Positions 1-13,815 of a stretch of DNA of 64,000 bases are shown one piece after another. How positions within the stretch are numbered: position 1 is the stretch's first letter; each line of letters begins with the position of its first letter. A program made the position numbers and the translations under genes. Origin of the DNA: Eledone cirrhosa (lineage: Eukaryota); contig OZ024740.1 in assembly GCA_964016885.1 (NCBI GenBank), positions 308,202,001 through 308,266,000 on the forward strand, read 5' to 3'. The notes under the pieces are model-generated. The model was given only the letters and a program-made list of their open reading frames with translations. It was not told the origin of the DNA and did not search any database.

Positions 1-1310
1 TGAAAGGAACAAAATATGGGGAAATACAAGAAAGAGAAGAAATACAATACAGAGAAAACACAATATGGAAGTAAAGCAATATAGAAAAAGTAATAAATAT
101 AGAGGGAATACACTGTGGAGCTAATATGTATATGTTATAAAGAATATAAACAAAATTAGCAAAAGCTAAAGATATAGGGACATTTATACTAACTAAAAGG
201 TGATTATTTGATTGCAAATATGTTGTATTGTTGGAGAAGTAAGCTGGGAGTTCTTGAAAACAGCTGTTGAGTTAAATTTTAAAATATAAGCACCTGGAAA
301 ATATATTTCTTCTTAGAAATCTATTAAATAAAAATTCAATCAAAAGTATTCATTTTTTTAAAAGATCCTATTGAGACACTGAGCTTTTAGACCCCCATTT
401 ACACTTTATTTGCTTTGGCCCACCACTATCTTAGTAAAGTCCAGTTTCTTAGAACAAGGTTGAACAATTATTTTAGGGGCTTACAATATACTACACATGG
501 GATTTTCCACACCATATTGGATGAAAAGATAAGTAAGAAAAAAATTTACCATAAATAAAAGATACCTTTCTTAATCTCTTCCCCTGTTGTTCTACCACAT
601 TACCCTCCTCCCCCATTTACCTGTTTCTCACTTCATTTTAAGATAAATAACAACATCAGCTTTAAAAGCTCTAGCTGGACGATACCAGTGAAGGTCTGTA
701 CTGGCAACACAGCTTTAATAATAGATTTGTTATAGGTTTGTCCCATCTTAGAATTTTGTAATAAAACAATAAAATATTTATCTGAAAAACTTTACATATT
801 GAATAAATTATTTAGAGAATATCTAACAATACTTAATTACTAAAGTGTTTATGAAACTATTATACCATGCTACACCAAAACTTTAGTATAACATTTAATT
901 GTTATATATAGAACTTTGTTGTTTGGAAGGGTTATGAAAGATTGAAAGATTATCAATAAATCTTTTGATAATCAAAGTAGATATTAAGGAAGGAATAGAA
1001 AAATTTTAAGAATTCAATAGAGTATTTAATTTCTAACTTTAATCTAATTTTTACTCTCTCCACTAAATTTCTTAACTTCCGCACAATTTATTTCTTAAAA
1101 ATAAGAAAACCTTACAAAAAATATATAAAAAGCTCCTGATTTTGGTAAGTGTTATGAAAACATATGGTAACTGAAAAACATGTAAATGATACATTAAGGT
1201 TATTTACAAAAACATGCATCATAATAATAACTATTTTTTTCTTATACAATTTATTTTGGTTATCTTCTTATTGAAAGCATATGATGAAAATCTCAAAGTG
1301 GTGCACTTAC

Positions 1311-1520
1311 CAAATCTTCAGCAAAAAGTTCATTCTGTTTACCTCCATCTGCATGTTGGTAAAATGCTTCATTGTTATCTGTCAAAAAACCAGAGTAGCT
1401 GTCAGTTGCCTTTACTTGTTCCTGACTGAGTCCAAAACGATGCCAGTCTGGTTTCTTCTTTTCCTTCTTGGCAGAAGAGCTCATTAAATTGGTAATTTCT
1501 GTGTCTGAATTATCAGCCAT
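1311..1520 (-). CDS. Candidate first coding exon of an unidentified gene (MADNSDTEITNLMSSSAKKEKKKPDWHRFGLSQEQ...ELFAEDL), continuing left
   Basis: ATG at 1520-1518, 70 open codons of natural-looking composition, ending exactly at a consensus phase-0 donor TTG|GTAAGT (intron starts 1310). Upstream minus-strand acceptors with pyrimidine tracts near 1607 and 2338. No family recognised. Confidence 0.45.
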
Positions 1521-2823
1521 TTCTTGATAGAATCTTTTCAACAGGAAGCTAACATATTGGAGCTAATTATGTAGCAGATAGATTGACATCAATAAGAGGC
1601 TGGTTCCTTACGACACAAATGTAACAAGTGAAGATAAAAAAAAGAAAGAAATCAAAACACGTGATAAGGATGGAGCAGCTATTAGAAAGATCCTGGACAT
1701 GCTGTCTCCTTAGGGCAGTTTATAATTTCTAAGATTGTCTCGTTTAAAGCTTTTCTTTTTAAAGATAAAAACAGAAATGGATTTCTTTTCAATTCTTTAT
1801 CGTTTTCTGTATCACAGGCAAAGGTATCAATAATATGTATATGTTTTGATGAAGTAGCGGTAGAGGCAGCAGCAGTATCAGCAGGGATAGCAACAGTATC
1901 AGCAGATGCTGCAGTGGTAATGTAACATTTGGATATAAACAAAGGCAGGTTAGTTGACATGGTTAGTCATTAGTGGATAAGTGCAGAAGATAAAATCTGA
2001 GATGAAGTACTTAAAAATCCATAATTCCCTTTTATTATTATTTTTGTCTTGCAGTTTACACATATTCCTTTGCAAAAATCACCTGTTTGGAGAATTAAAA
2101 AACAAGCATCAGTTTCAGTGGTGTATCTGTTTAAATACATCAGCCGTTACTTGCACTGCCACTGTTGTTATTGCTGCTGCTGCAAGCAAAGTTACCCTTT
2201 AACTGAATAGCTGCTTTGGTAATATTGATTTTGTATGTCAAGAGTAACAGAGGCAGTAATTAAATTACAGAATACAACTGAGAACTGAGCTTTCTATGTT
2301 GATAAAGATGAATGGGAAGCAGTTATATCACCAGTCACTGAAAATAAGAAGGAAACAAAATATAAATATTACCATCAGAGAAGAAAAAAGAAAAAAATAT
2401 CAAGAGTATTATTATCAAATAGTACTGAAGCTGATTTGCCAATGAAAACTTAATATATCTAAAATCTATATTACTGTTGAAACAAAATGCTGCCAAGTTA
2501 TCTCAATACTGATTTGTCAATTTTGAAATGTCAAGTTCAAATCTATTATTAGTTAGTCAGATATAAATAGAAAGGAAAAAATATAAGCTTTTGCATTTTT
2601 GCATCCTATCTTAAAATGTTGTTGGACAAGAGCATGCATGCATGTCCATTTGTTTGTTTATTTGAGAGAGAGAAATGAGATACAATGGCAGTAAGGTTAA
2701 GGCATTAGACAACACACAATAAGGAATTTAAATATGAATACAGAATTACATTAGGCAACTAGACAAGTTATATAAAACTACTTGCCTCAGTCTACCAGGC
2801 TAACATTATTTTCTTCCTACACC

Positions 2824-3004
2824 GGTGGATTGGCAGTATCGGTAGAGGGTCGGACGCCATGCTTTGCAGCACAGTTACGTCCTTTTATGAACTGAGTTCA
2901 AATTCCGCCGAGGTTAACTTTGCCTTTCATCCTTACGGGGTCGATAAAATAAAGTACCAGTAATACACTGGGATACACTGGCCTTGTACCAAAAAGTAGA
3001 AACA
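2824..3004 (+). mobile_element. tRNA-derived SINE with Meta-like central domain, with target-site duplication
   Basis: B-box-like GAGTTCAAATTCC, core GCCTTTCATCCTTACGGGGTCGATAAAATAAAGTACCAG; 19-bp direct repeat ATTATTTTCTTCCTACACC at 2805-2823 and 3005-3023. Confidence 0.85.
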
Positions 3005-3966
3005 ATTATTTTCTTCCTACACCACAGTTCATCTAACAATATGTAGGGCCAGTGAAAGTCATCAACACAACTCTTCCTTCTTTCCTAGCCCTAAGAAAGA
3101 TAAGAATTGCAAAAACAATCTTGTGTTTTCTAGTATAGAAAAATTGATACAACACATATACATGTGCATGTTTGTGTGTATGCATGCATATGTATATATG
3201 TTATCTTTGGCATGTTCTTTATAAGAAAAATACGATACAGTTTGCTATGTTTATTATGTTGTTAACCACATACCTGCACACAGATATGCACAGGCATGTG
3301 CATGAACATAATGTGAGCCTAAAGAGATCAATATTGTAAGTCAGTGGCTTAACAAACATATATTGAAGATAACTGCACATGTAGTAGTATACAGTCAGCA
3401 ATAAAAAGGTAGATACACATGTTGGAATAAAACCACAGATACAAATAGCAAAATGTGCAGAATAAACAACTGTAATTTGAAATCTCCAACATTCATATTT
3501 TAACTTGATATACCTAAGCACTTTGTAAAAGTGAGATGTAGGCCCTCACAGCTCATCTAAGAGGTCAGTAGCTCTGCTTGAGGACTGATTCAGTCTGTAA
3601 TGACCATCCAACTTTTGTTTGCAAGGAAAATGAATGTTATATCATGATGTTGATTTTTGTATATACATAAATTTTGGACTAGAGAAAGACATAGAAGTGT
3701 ACTTTGTGATTAATACTTATTTTATTAGCCTCAGAGAAATAAAAAGCAAAATCGACTTAGCTAGGTTTTGAACTCTGAATGTAAAGGGACTTAACTCAAT
3801 ACTGCAAAACATTTTGTTTGACACAATCTTTTCTGCCATCCTACTACCCTTCCCCTAAAAACAATACATTAGCATAGCAGCACACATTTTTGGTAAGGAG
3901 TATAGTTGATTTAATAGACCCTAAAACATAACTGGTAGTTATTTTATCAAATGAAAGAAAGGTAGT

Positions 3967-4181
3967 TTAACCTTTAGTCTTTACATTACTCTATATATAC
4001 TATTATATTTTCATGGTAAAGGCTTTATCTCACATAATATCGAATCTATGTGATTTTGATGTTATTTATTTTGAGAGCAATACCTTAACATCAGTATGAG
4101 TGGCCAGTTACGGCCGGTTTGAACAGAAAGAGGTGAGAGAATTCTGGCCAGATATTGCCAGTTTAAATGCTGAAGGGTTAA
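3967..4181 (-). mobile_element. piggyBac-like TTAA MITE, copy 1
   Basis: TTAA at both ends, terminal inverted repeats of the CCCTTTAGCATTTA type; homologous to 4463-4690 and 10090-10305. Confidence 0.75.
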
Positions 4182-4462
4182 ATTCTGATTTAAGTTCTGT
4201 TTATTTGGTTACATCTGAATGAGTGATCCAGTTGTTTGATCAATGAAACAGCCTACTCATGAAATTAATATCTAAGTGGCTGAGTATTCCTCGAACATAT
4301 GTAAGCTTAATGTAATTTTTAGGGAGATTCAGCATATGTCATAAAACTAGCTCTTTGAATTACTGGTACAGTTCATCAGACAGGTTTCTAAACAGGTTTC
4401 TGCCTACCTAATTTAACTCACAAGACATTGGTCAACCCAAAGCTATGGTAAATGACATTTGC

Positions 4463-4690
4463 TTAACCCTTTAACATTTAAATCAGCCATATCAGGCCAG
4501 AATTCTCTCACCTCTTTCTGTTCAAAACGGCTGTAACTGGCCACTCACATTGATGTTAAGGTATTGTTCTTAAAATAGATAATATCAAAATCTCATAGAT
4601 TCGATATTATATGAGATATTATGTGGAATAAAGCCTTTACTGTGAAAATACGATAGTGAATATAGAGTGATGTAAATATTAAATGGTTAA
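4463..4690 (+). mobile_element. piggyBac-like TTAA MITE, copy 2, nested in an older tRNA SINE
   Basis: TTAACCCTTTAACATTTA ... TAAATATTAAATGGTTAA; flanks 4385-4462 and 4691-4760 join into one minus-strand SINE. Confidence 0.75.
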
Positions 4691-5204
4691 GATGCCATGT
4701 AGTGGGATTGAACTTTAGACCTAATGATTGTAGAGTGAACTTCTTAACCATTTGGCCATGCTACACCCACTTCTGAATGGATTTCATTACATCTGCATAT
4801 GTGATTCCAATAGATTTTTTTTTTTATTCATCTCATTGTTAATCATATTACAAATATATATTTGATATTACAATATTGATTTGTTTATTCAATATTAACA
4901 TCTTATGCTAATCACTTCTTAATCTTTTATAGCTGTATATGTTTGACTGTTTGATTATGTATTTAGGTGTATGTTTTGTGTGAGCACAAATATGTAAATG
5001 TGTATGTGTAAGTGATATGTGAATGTGTGTAAGAATGAGAGTAAAAGAGTAATTAGAAGAAACTTTTTTATTGGATTTGGTCCATTGAGACATCTCAAAT
5101 GAGTAATGTCTCCTTCATAATTGGACATTAAAAATATGAATTGATTTTTCTCTACAGGAATTAATTATAGTTAAATCAAGACATGGAGGTGAGAAATTAA
5201 CAGA

Positions 5205-7080
5205 AATCATCATCATTTTATGTTCATTTTCTATGTTGGCATAGGTTGGACAGGTCATCACAGTCTGGAGATACCATGTTTTACTCATATGTTCCATATT
5301 TTGGTATTATTTCTATGGTTAGATGACCTTCCTAATGCCAACCAATTTACTGACGTATTAGGTGCATTTTATCATGGTACTAGTACTACCATTACGCAGA
5401 GTGTACTGGGTGTATTTTATTGTGCCATCAGAACTACCACTTGAGTGTGTTGGGTGAATTTTATCATGGCACTAGCACTACCATTTGACAGGATATACTG
5501 AGTGAATTTTATCAGGGTACCACCACAGAGTGTTTGTCATATGTAATCTTTGACAAAGTAAAGCAGCCAGTCCACAAACATTTTAGAGGGTTACTAAGTA
5601 TGTTCTATTCTGACACCTTACTGGACAAGTTATCTCATTCACAGCAAACTTGGAGGGACCCTCTATGTAGTGTCCAATCTTTCACCATATTTACACAGTT
5701 CTTTTACTGGTGGGCTAATCTTTTCTTGTACAGCAAATTACCACTCAATATGGTCTTGCATCATCTCCTTCAGGAGGTTCAATTTCTTGAAGTAACCAAG
5801 TATTCTCTAGTATTGCATGTTGCCATTCCTTGCAGCCCTTTATCTATATTGTAAGATTCAACTTTCTAAGGTCATCATCATCATCATCATCGTTTAACAT
5901 CTATCTTCCACGCTAGCATGGGTTTAGACGGGAATTGTCCCACTAGAGGCAAGATTGGTTGTCATGCTCGTATAGGGCTGTCTGGCAGGTTTTCTACGGC
6001 TGGATGCCCTTCCTAACACCAACCACATTTACAGTCTTTACTATTTCATTCTACTTCTTCCTTGGTCAACCTCTTCTACGAGTTCCATCCACTGAGATTT
6101 CTCTGAACTTCTTTATACAGCTGCCATCTACGATACACATCACAGTCCATACCAGCATAAGTTTTGTCTTGCACACTACCTCAAGTTCCTCTTATGCCTA
6201 GTTTTTATCTCAGTTCACTTGTGCTGCAACATTCATGCACACTAACATTATACATCCATCAGAGTATGCTTGCTTCATTTCTTTCTGGCTTTTGCATATC
6301 TTCTGCAGGAAAAGCCTGTTTCACTGCCATGTAGCATAGCAGTTTACACACTCATCTTACAGTCTACCTTTCACTCTGAGAGAAACTTTTTTATTGTTTG
6401 CAAATGTACTAACCCCTTAAACTTTTTTCAACCCATTCTTACTTGAGCTACTAAATTTTCAAAGAATCTTGACCCAATGCTGATTAGGTCATCTAGGTGA
6501 CAAAAGTGGTCAACAACTTCTAGGGAATCATCCAAGCAATTGAGGGAATCTATTCCACATGTGTTCTAAGCACTTATTACCACTTTACATCTGCCAGATA
6601 CAAAGTCTGCCTTCCCCATCAACCTGCCTATAACCCACCAACATCCATAGATTACAGTGTGCACTTTATGGAATTTCTGCCCACCTCTTTTCTACATGTC
6701 GAACAAAATCACTTCCCTGGTGTTATCAAAGTCATATCCTCTTCCCTACTTATTAAGACTTTAGTTTTTGCTAAGTTTACTTTTAAGCATTTTGATTCTT
6801 TTTCCATGTCTGGAATTTTATCTCCTTTTCCTGAATTCATCTATAAGAACTAAATCAGCATTCTTGAGCTCCCATGGAGAGCTTGTCATAAACTTCTCTG
6901 TTACGACCTAAAGAACAATGACTCCCTGCTGCACTTCAAATTCATCACTATGCTCATTATCAACTCCCATATTGCTAGTTGCACCTCTATACATAGCTTT
7001 TATGGCTCTTGTGAGACATTCATCCACACCTAGCTTCCTTAATGCTCAGATTACAAATTGAGGGTACCCAGTCAGTGAAT
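5205..7080 (-). mobile_element. Degenerate RTE-clade LINE fragments with (ATG)n tails
   Basis: (CAT)n tails at ~5207 and ~5873, the GGATGCCCTTCCTAACACCAACC 3'UTR motif, and decayed RT sequence homologous to 48144-49763. Confidence 0.7.
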
Positions 7081-7556
7081 GCTGTATACAGAGGCTTACT
7101 CTTAGCTCATGAAGAATCCTGTCATATATATATATATATATATATATATATGGGGGGGGGGGGTTGTGTGTATTTATCTTCCATAACTTAATGGTTTAAC
7201 AAAAAGAGATAGATAACATTAGTACTAAACTTGAAATAAATAAGTACTAGGATCATTATGATTAACTAAATCCATTTAAGGTGGTACTCTAACATGGTCG
7301 CTGTCTAATGATTCAAGACAGTAAATTAACTAAAACAAACAAGCCATACTGGGGTTCATAAGACAAAAAAAATTGTTCTGCAAGGGACAGCCTACATCAT
7401 GTGCAAGACATTATCAATTTAATAGCACAAGTCAAATAGTAGGATCTCCCCACAGAATACACACCCTTACAATAAGCAGCTAATAAAATAACCCAGTACA
7501 TATTCTTACCTTACTGATATCAAAGACTGTAACACCAATAACTCACACAACCAACA

Positions 7557-8145
7557 TCTATATATATATAAAAGCAAGTCGGTCTGTGTGTGTGTCTGTC
7601 TGTGTACAAATACTAGGCTCCTTTTAACTTTTGAAGTACTAGGCCAAATTTGGCACACGTATTGCTTATATGCCAGAGCAGGTTTTCGACAAAAATATAT
7701 TGGGGCCGAAAAATCAATTTTGTGTATGTATCTGTCTGTGTACAAATACTAGGCTCCTTTTAACTTTTGAAGTACTAGGCCGATTTACTTCAAGGAATGA
7801 TATTTCTATGTCCAGTGAATGGTCAACGTGGTAGTGGCAGCGCCATCTTACGCATAGGGTTTAGTCTACTGAAGGACATACGGTGCATCTATTCCATCTT
7901 TATCCCCTTACTCATACCTACTACAGCAAGGCTGGACCTGAAATCATTGACGTCAATTAACTCAAGCTACCCCATGAATTGTTTTTATGTTGCCGTTTAT
8001 TTCACTCAATCATGTCACTGTACACCCATTTTGTTAAACTTTTATTTACAATTACATTTCAATTCTTTGCTCAACCTTTGGCTCTCTTTATACGGACAAA
8101 CAGGCTGTCATTCATTTCCCGAGCAATGCCGGGTACATCTGCTAG
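7557..8145 (+). mobile_element. Non-autonomous Helitron
   Basis: Starts TCTATATATATATAAA after A; ends with subterminal hairpin CCCGAGCAATGCCGGG (8118-8133) then CTAG before T; no TSD; internal ~50-bp duplication (~7596 and ~7733). Confidence 0.8.
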
Positions 8146-8399
8146 TTCTAGATAGTTCTGACATTAATGCTACACAAACCACACAACACATACAGAATAC
8201 ATTGACGATACAACAAAATAACACAACTCATATTATAGATACCATATATAATAGTATGTATGTACGGTCCAATAATTCCTGGGGGAGTCGTAGGGGCGAC
8301 GTATTGACATACAGCATTTCTTGGGCATTTTTTTAAAGCCTGGCGGAGCCCATCCATCTCCAGACCTGAGTACAGCAGATTTCTTTCAGAGAAAGATAG

Positions 8400-8600
8400 A
8401 AAGTGAGAGAGAGGAAAGTGAGAAAGAGATATAGAAGAAGAATTGACTCCAGTACTAGACTGGTACTTTTTTATCAACTCCAAAAGGATGAAAGGCAAAG
8501 TTGACCTTAGCGGGATTTAAACTCAGAGATTTGAGTAGGGAATGGGAACGATTACTATAAAGCATTCTATCCACTGTTCTAACGACTCTGCCAATTCACC
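8400..8600 (-). mobile_element. Meta-like tRNA SINE
   Basis: Reverse complement of the core: CTGGTACTTTTTTATCAACTCCAAAAGGATGAAAGGCAAAGTTGAC. Confidence 0.7.
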
Positions 8601-9589
8601 ACCTATATACAATAGAAAAACCTTAAAATAACGCCAGAAACAGCAAACTAAACCTCATAACAAAACAAAACTGATAGAGTTAACTAACAGAAAGGGTCAA
8701 CCCTCACCCCTATGAACACATATATGTACTATTAAGGTCTTGTTCCAAGGAGGATTTTGAAGTAGAGAGAGAGAAGGTAGAGAGAAATGAGGTGAGGCTG
8801 TAAATTATTTTTTAAAGGGCATTTGGTTCAATAGAAAATCATATTTTCAATTGAACCAAAAAGATGGTGTATAAATGTTAAATATAATATAAATATTGAA
8901 TAAAAACAGTGGGTGGAAATGTTAAGAAATGGACAACAAATATGATTAGAAATTTACTTAAAGATGAAAGTGAACAGTAAAAAATATATATAAAACATGA
9001 AACAAGCATTTACAAAAAAAAATGTTGTTATGAGTTAATTAATTTCATGCAATAACAGAGGCATCTAATCAAAACAGATTAGAGCTTAATAGCATGTAAT
9101 TAACTTTATTTCAAAGAGAGAACAATGAATAAGTCACCATAGCAACTGTTGATTAAGCCATCTGTTACATTTTGGAAAAAGAAACATTCCATAAGGTTCA
9201 TAATTGCATTATACTAATGCTTTTATATCATAGTGTTTTAGGGACCACATTGGTATCTGTGGGTCTTTATCACTGCAGATGCATTGCTGCATATGTAAGC
9301 ATTAGCGCTGGGAACATGATAATGTGTGTGTGTGTGTGAGAGAGAGTGTATGTGCATGCAAGCATGTGCATATGAAGTGTGTGTCTGTGAAAACAACTAC
9401 CGTGAACAATTCAGTGCATTGTTATAAACACATCCGATATAACTGCAAAATTAGTCCACATGACTAAGTGCACAATTTTGTGGGCTACTATAAAAACAAT
9501 TTTAAGTTCTACAGAAAAAGCAAGCCCTTGTGTTACAATAAACAAGTTGCTTTGAACAAATTCATGCATCACAGTGAACAAGTGCAAAT

Positions 9590-9838
9590 AATAATGAAAT
9601 TATTGTGTACAGTGCTCAGGCGCACTACAACTCATCAAAGGTGCATGTATAGTACATAGAATAATGTACAAATGTCAGGAAAATGAACAGTGTACGAGTC
9701 ATGATATAATAATAATAACAATAATGAAATATTGTGTACAGTGCCCAGGTGCACCACAACTCATCAAAAAAGTGCATGTAGTGCACATAGGGCAATGCAC
9801 AAACATCAGTAAAATGAACAGTGCACGAGTCATGATAC
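9590..9838. repeat. Imperfect tandem duplication, ~130-bp unit
   Basis: AATAATGAAAT..TTGTGTACAGTGC..CAACTCATCAAA..AAAATGAACAGTG..CGAGTCATGATA occurs at ~9590 and ~9720. Confidence 0.7.
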
Positions 9839-10089
9839 ACACATGTGTGCATGTGTATGGAAGGGGTACATCAGGTGTAGTTTTGGCGTATTTCGGGAAG
9901 CATGAGTGTCTTAAAGGATGCAGTGTAAATGTAACCTTAAAGAAGTTTTAGATATTACAATAAACAAGATTTCTTTTTTTAAAGAACCGATGACTAATAA
10001 GTAACATGTAATTTTAGAACATAAGGAGATACAATATAAATAAAAGTTTGTAACTGGCAATTTTTCCATACAGAATTGGCTGAATATCC

Positions 10090-10305
10090 TTAACCATTTA
10101 ACATTTAAACTGGCCATACCAGACCAGAATTCTCTCACCTCTTTCTGTTCAAACTAGCCCTAACTGGCCACTCATACCAATGTTAGGGTGTTGTTCTCAA
10201 AATAAATAATATCAAAATCTCATAGATTCGATATTATGTGAGGAACAGCCTTTACCACTAAAATACAATAGTATATATAGAGTAATGTAAATGCTAAAGG
10301 GTTAA
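10090..10305 (+). mobile_element. piggyBac-like TTAA MITE, copy 3
   Basis: TTAACCATTTAACATTTA ... TAAATGCTAAAGGGTTAA; body matches copies 1 and 2. Confidence 0.75.
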
Positions 10306-11741
10306 GATCTAGGATTAATGTCAAACAAGACATGTTCCCAACCCAGTTTTCTTTCGTAACTATAGTAACTTTACTTCATATTGCTTGAAGAAAATATGAA
10401 CATGACAATTTCATATTTCACAGGCATTATGCTAATGTAAGACAGAATATTTCTGTTGAAGTTGTTTATCTCCAGGTCAGTCCTCATTGAGCCGACTTAC
10501 TATCTCACCTTATTTTCAGATGTAGTGCACCTAGAACTACATTTTATAATATGTCTTCCTTTACAATGGTAGGGTGAGCTCCACGGGAGATTTAGGGGCT
10601 AATACTAGCAAGTAACCACACACAACTTCTCATATTTCTCAGTTTTTATTAAAGGTAATTGATGATTGATTCAATAGTTTTTTTTTTCAATGACTACTAC
10701 TGCACCTTATCTGTATGTTACTAATCCGTGCATAAGGGTGATAGTGCATAATAGTGTGCAACTTTGTTATTTATCAATACTGTAACACTACGTGCTCCTT
10801 CTTTGATTAACTAACTGATTACTTACCAGCACGAGCCCCCCCCCCCCCCCATACACACACACACACACACACACTCTCTCTCTCTCACACACACACACTC
10901 TCAATCCTCTTTTATGATGAAAGTATATTTATATTTCCCTCCTTCCGGTGTTAAAATTTGCACAACTTTTCTGCACTATATCCTGTCAAAAGGCACTCAC
11001 ATGTTGTCCCCTATTTGTATGATGTGTTGTCTCATATGCATCTTTCTGCTGGTTTGTTCTAAGCCATCGTGCACCCTAGGCTTGAAATTATGCAATACCA
11101 CCCTTATGCACGAAATTGCATTGCCAAGTGGGTGGCTGAAGAGGAAGTTGAATGCTATTGTTCACTTGTTTCATCTATTGCGTTTATTCCATGTGCAACT
11201 TTTAAAGAGAGAGAGAGAGAGTTTCTTATTTCTTTCTATACAAACAAACCTCTTTCTCCAGCCTACTTATTCCTAACTATAGTTCCATCAGTACAAGTAT
11301 TGAAGTTAAAACAGTGTCAATAATTCAATTAACACTTATGGATTTTTATGGCATGCAGTAAAAATGTCAGCTAACAGTGTTGTAAAGACAACTTTATAAA
11401 TACAACAGTAACTTCATAGACACCTGGTATATACATATGTGGGTGTGTATGCATGTGTAATTGCTTTTAAGGTTTCTGATCACTAAAGTCTATATGAATA
11501 TACATTTAATCTTATTGTATTTCTATATCTTTGTTTTTCTCAGAGCAAAGCATGATAGTGTTAAAAGAATTGATAACAATAGAACTTCCTAATTAAAGGT
11601 TTTATCAGTAATAAATAAATTCTGAAGGCCTACAAAATGCTTAAAGGTGGGAGAATTGTTAGAAGCATGGTAGTTTAAATAGCAACATTTCAGACACTTT
11701 TATGCAATAAAATGTAATTTTTATCAACCAGTTTCTTCTTT

Positions 11742-11784
<43 letters not shown>

Positions 11785-11869
11785 ACAGACAGACAGATAT
11801 ATATATGAAAGGTATAGTGATCACCCTCCCCTGGGTTGCAAATTAAATGTTCAGTTAGTTTTTCTGTTT

Positions 11870-12214
11870 CATTTCATTTTCATTTCATTTCATTTCATTT
11901 TACGTCCGCTTTTCCCTGCTTGCAAGGGTGGGACGGGAACTGATTCTGGCTTGATTTCTACAGCTGGATGCCCTTCCTAACACCAACCTCATTTACAGTG
12001 AGTGCTGGGTGCTTTTTTGCCGTGGCGCCTACACGTCCACTTTGCAGTGGAATGATAGGGAACCCAGTCCCTATCATCTCATTTCTACAGCTGAGTAAAC
12101 TGGAGCAATGTGAAATAAAGTATCTTGCTCAAGGAAACAACACATCACCCGGTCTGAGAATTGAACTCACAACCTTTCGATTGCAAGGCCAATGCTCTAA
12201 CCACTAAGCCATGT
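11870..12214 (-). mobile_element. Young CORE-like tRNA SINE with RTE-derived 3' tail
   Basis: Head TGGCTTAGTGGTTAGAGC...GTGAGTTCAATTC (A/B boxes), core TTCCTTGAGCAAGA(T/C)ACTTTATTTC, tail shared with the RTE LINE 3'UTR, (ATGAA)n end. Confidence 0.85.
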
Positions 12215-12987
12215 ATATTTATTATAGTTGATAAACATAAACACTTTGTATGACTATCATTAAAACCTTATGTTTATATGCCACACATAAGACATCTGAA
12301 AATGTATTAATACAGATAAATTTATCTCATGAGGATATCAGAATTTTATTAAAAGAATTTGATATAAGATTACATATCATTAATGGAATAACTTAATCTA
12401 AGGATGCATGTTTAGAGAAAATAATGAAAATATTTCAGATTGGAACAAAGTCAGTTTATATAATCAAGAATGTTAATTTCATACATATATACAAGGTTAT
12501 GTTTGTATAAAAAAGGCACAGTTGTTTGAATCACTCCAGGCTTACATTAATAACTCTGGAAAGATTTTAAAAAACTTAACATGTAGAACAACTAGTCCAA
12601 TATTCTTCTATTTTGACCATCTTCATACCACTTTCATAGCCATTCATATTGATTATTGTAAACAGTGAGTAAACCTGTTACCTATTTTACTGTCTTACAG
12701 GACATCTGCTTTCTTGATACATATATTGATTTAGAGGATCTCACTGTAACTTTGACTAAACAAAATAGTCTAATAATAATGGGGGCGTATAAGGCCACTG
12801 AACAGGGAAAAAATAGGCATCAGCACACTTGTGTAACTATAAATTATGGCAAAATCCTCTAAATAAATTATTAAATTCCTCTCGCCATTTTCTAAATATA
12901 TGTGCTTTCTTATTTTACTTTCTTTAAAAATATATATATATAGAGAGAAAGATAAAGGTAAGTATAGGTGGGTAGATAGATAGATAT

Positions 12988-13360
12988 GTTTCTTTATTAG
13001 CCACAGGGGCACAAAAGAAGGGGACAAATACAAAGGGGGAAGTTTACATACAATAAAAACGTGTAAAATGTTATCACAAATGCAATTTAAAAAATTAGTC
13101 GATTTTCCCCAATAGGGGGAGACAGTTCATATGGGTAACACATACCCCCGAAAAAATGTGCAACCCTCATCTCCAAGAGTACGAAGAGTTTGTACTCCTT
13201 TCTTCTCCTCCTCCTTTTCCTCAACCTACAGGCTGATATAGAGAGAAGGCCCATTCACTCGGGCCATTCTCGCCACTTTCACCCACCTTTCATAATACTT
13301 GCTGGGGTACAGCACCTCTCTCTCCATCTTGATTCTTCTTCCAAAGTGGTATTTGAAAAA
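12988..13360 (-). mobile_element. 3' end of a Tx1/L1-like LINE between (TAGA)n repeats
   Basis: C-terminal peptide FFKYHFGRRIKMEREVL...ERWVKVARMARVNGPSL*, 3'UTR with AATAAA, GATA-type microsatellite on both sides. Family assignment from recalled similarity. Confidence 0.55.
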
Positions 13361-13569
13361 AGGTAGATAGATAGATAGATGGATGGATAGATAGATAGAT
13401 AGACAGACAGACAGATAAATAGGTAGATTAGGTGCCCTTTCAATCACAAATAACTCAACAATGAAATAGAAGTATCACTTGTCAAAAACAAGAAAGCAGA
13501 GTGGTGAGTCTTATTTAATGATACTATACATGTGATTGCTATTGTAGTTGTTGAATAGCCGTGAATGGA

Positions 13570-13815
13570 CGTGGCTTTGTGATTAGGTTCACAATTGTAA
13601 GGTCGTGATTTCACTTCCTGGCAGTGCATTGTATCCTTGAGCAAGACACTTTATTTCACGTTGCTCTAGTCCATTCAGCTGGCAAAAATGAGTTGTACCT
13701 GTAATTCGAAGAGCCAGCTTTGTCCCATTCTGTGTCATGCTGAATCTCCCTGAGAACTACGTTAAGGGTACTTGTGTCTGTGGAATTTTCAGCCACATGC
13801 ATGTTAATTTCATAC
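13570..13815 (+). mobile_element. Older CORE-like tRNA SINE (OR/OK-like)
   Basis: Decayed tRNA head then GTATCCTTGAGCAAGACACTTTATTTCAC core; related to 4215-4375 (minus) and 61315-61460. Confidence 0.65.

Noticed and set aside
620-781. Next minus-strand exon after 1311 (acceptor at 782, donor near 620)
   Set aside because: The phase-0 frame needed to continue from 1311 hits a stop before the donor.
12130-12214. tRNA gene (also ~17480-17555, ~29840-29908, 52505-52575)
   Set aside because: A and B boxes are present but there is no acceptor stem, and each continues into a SINE core and tail.
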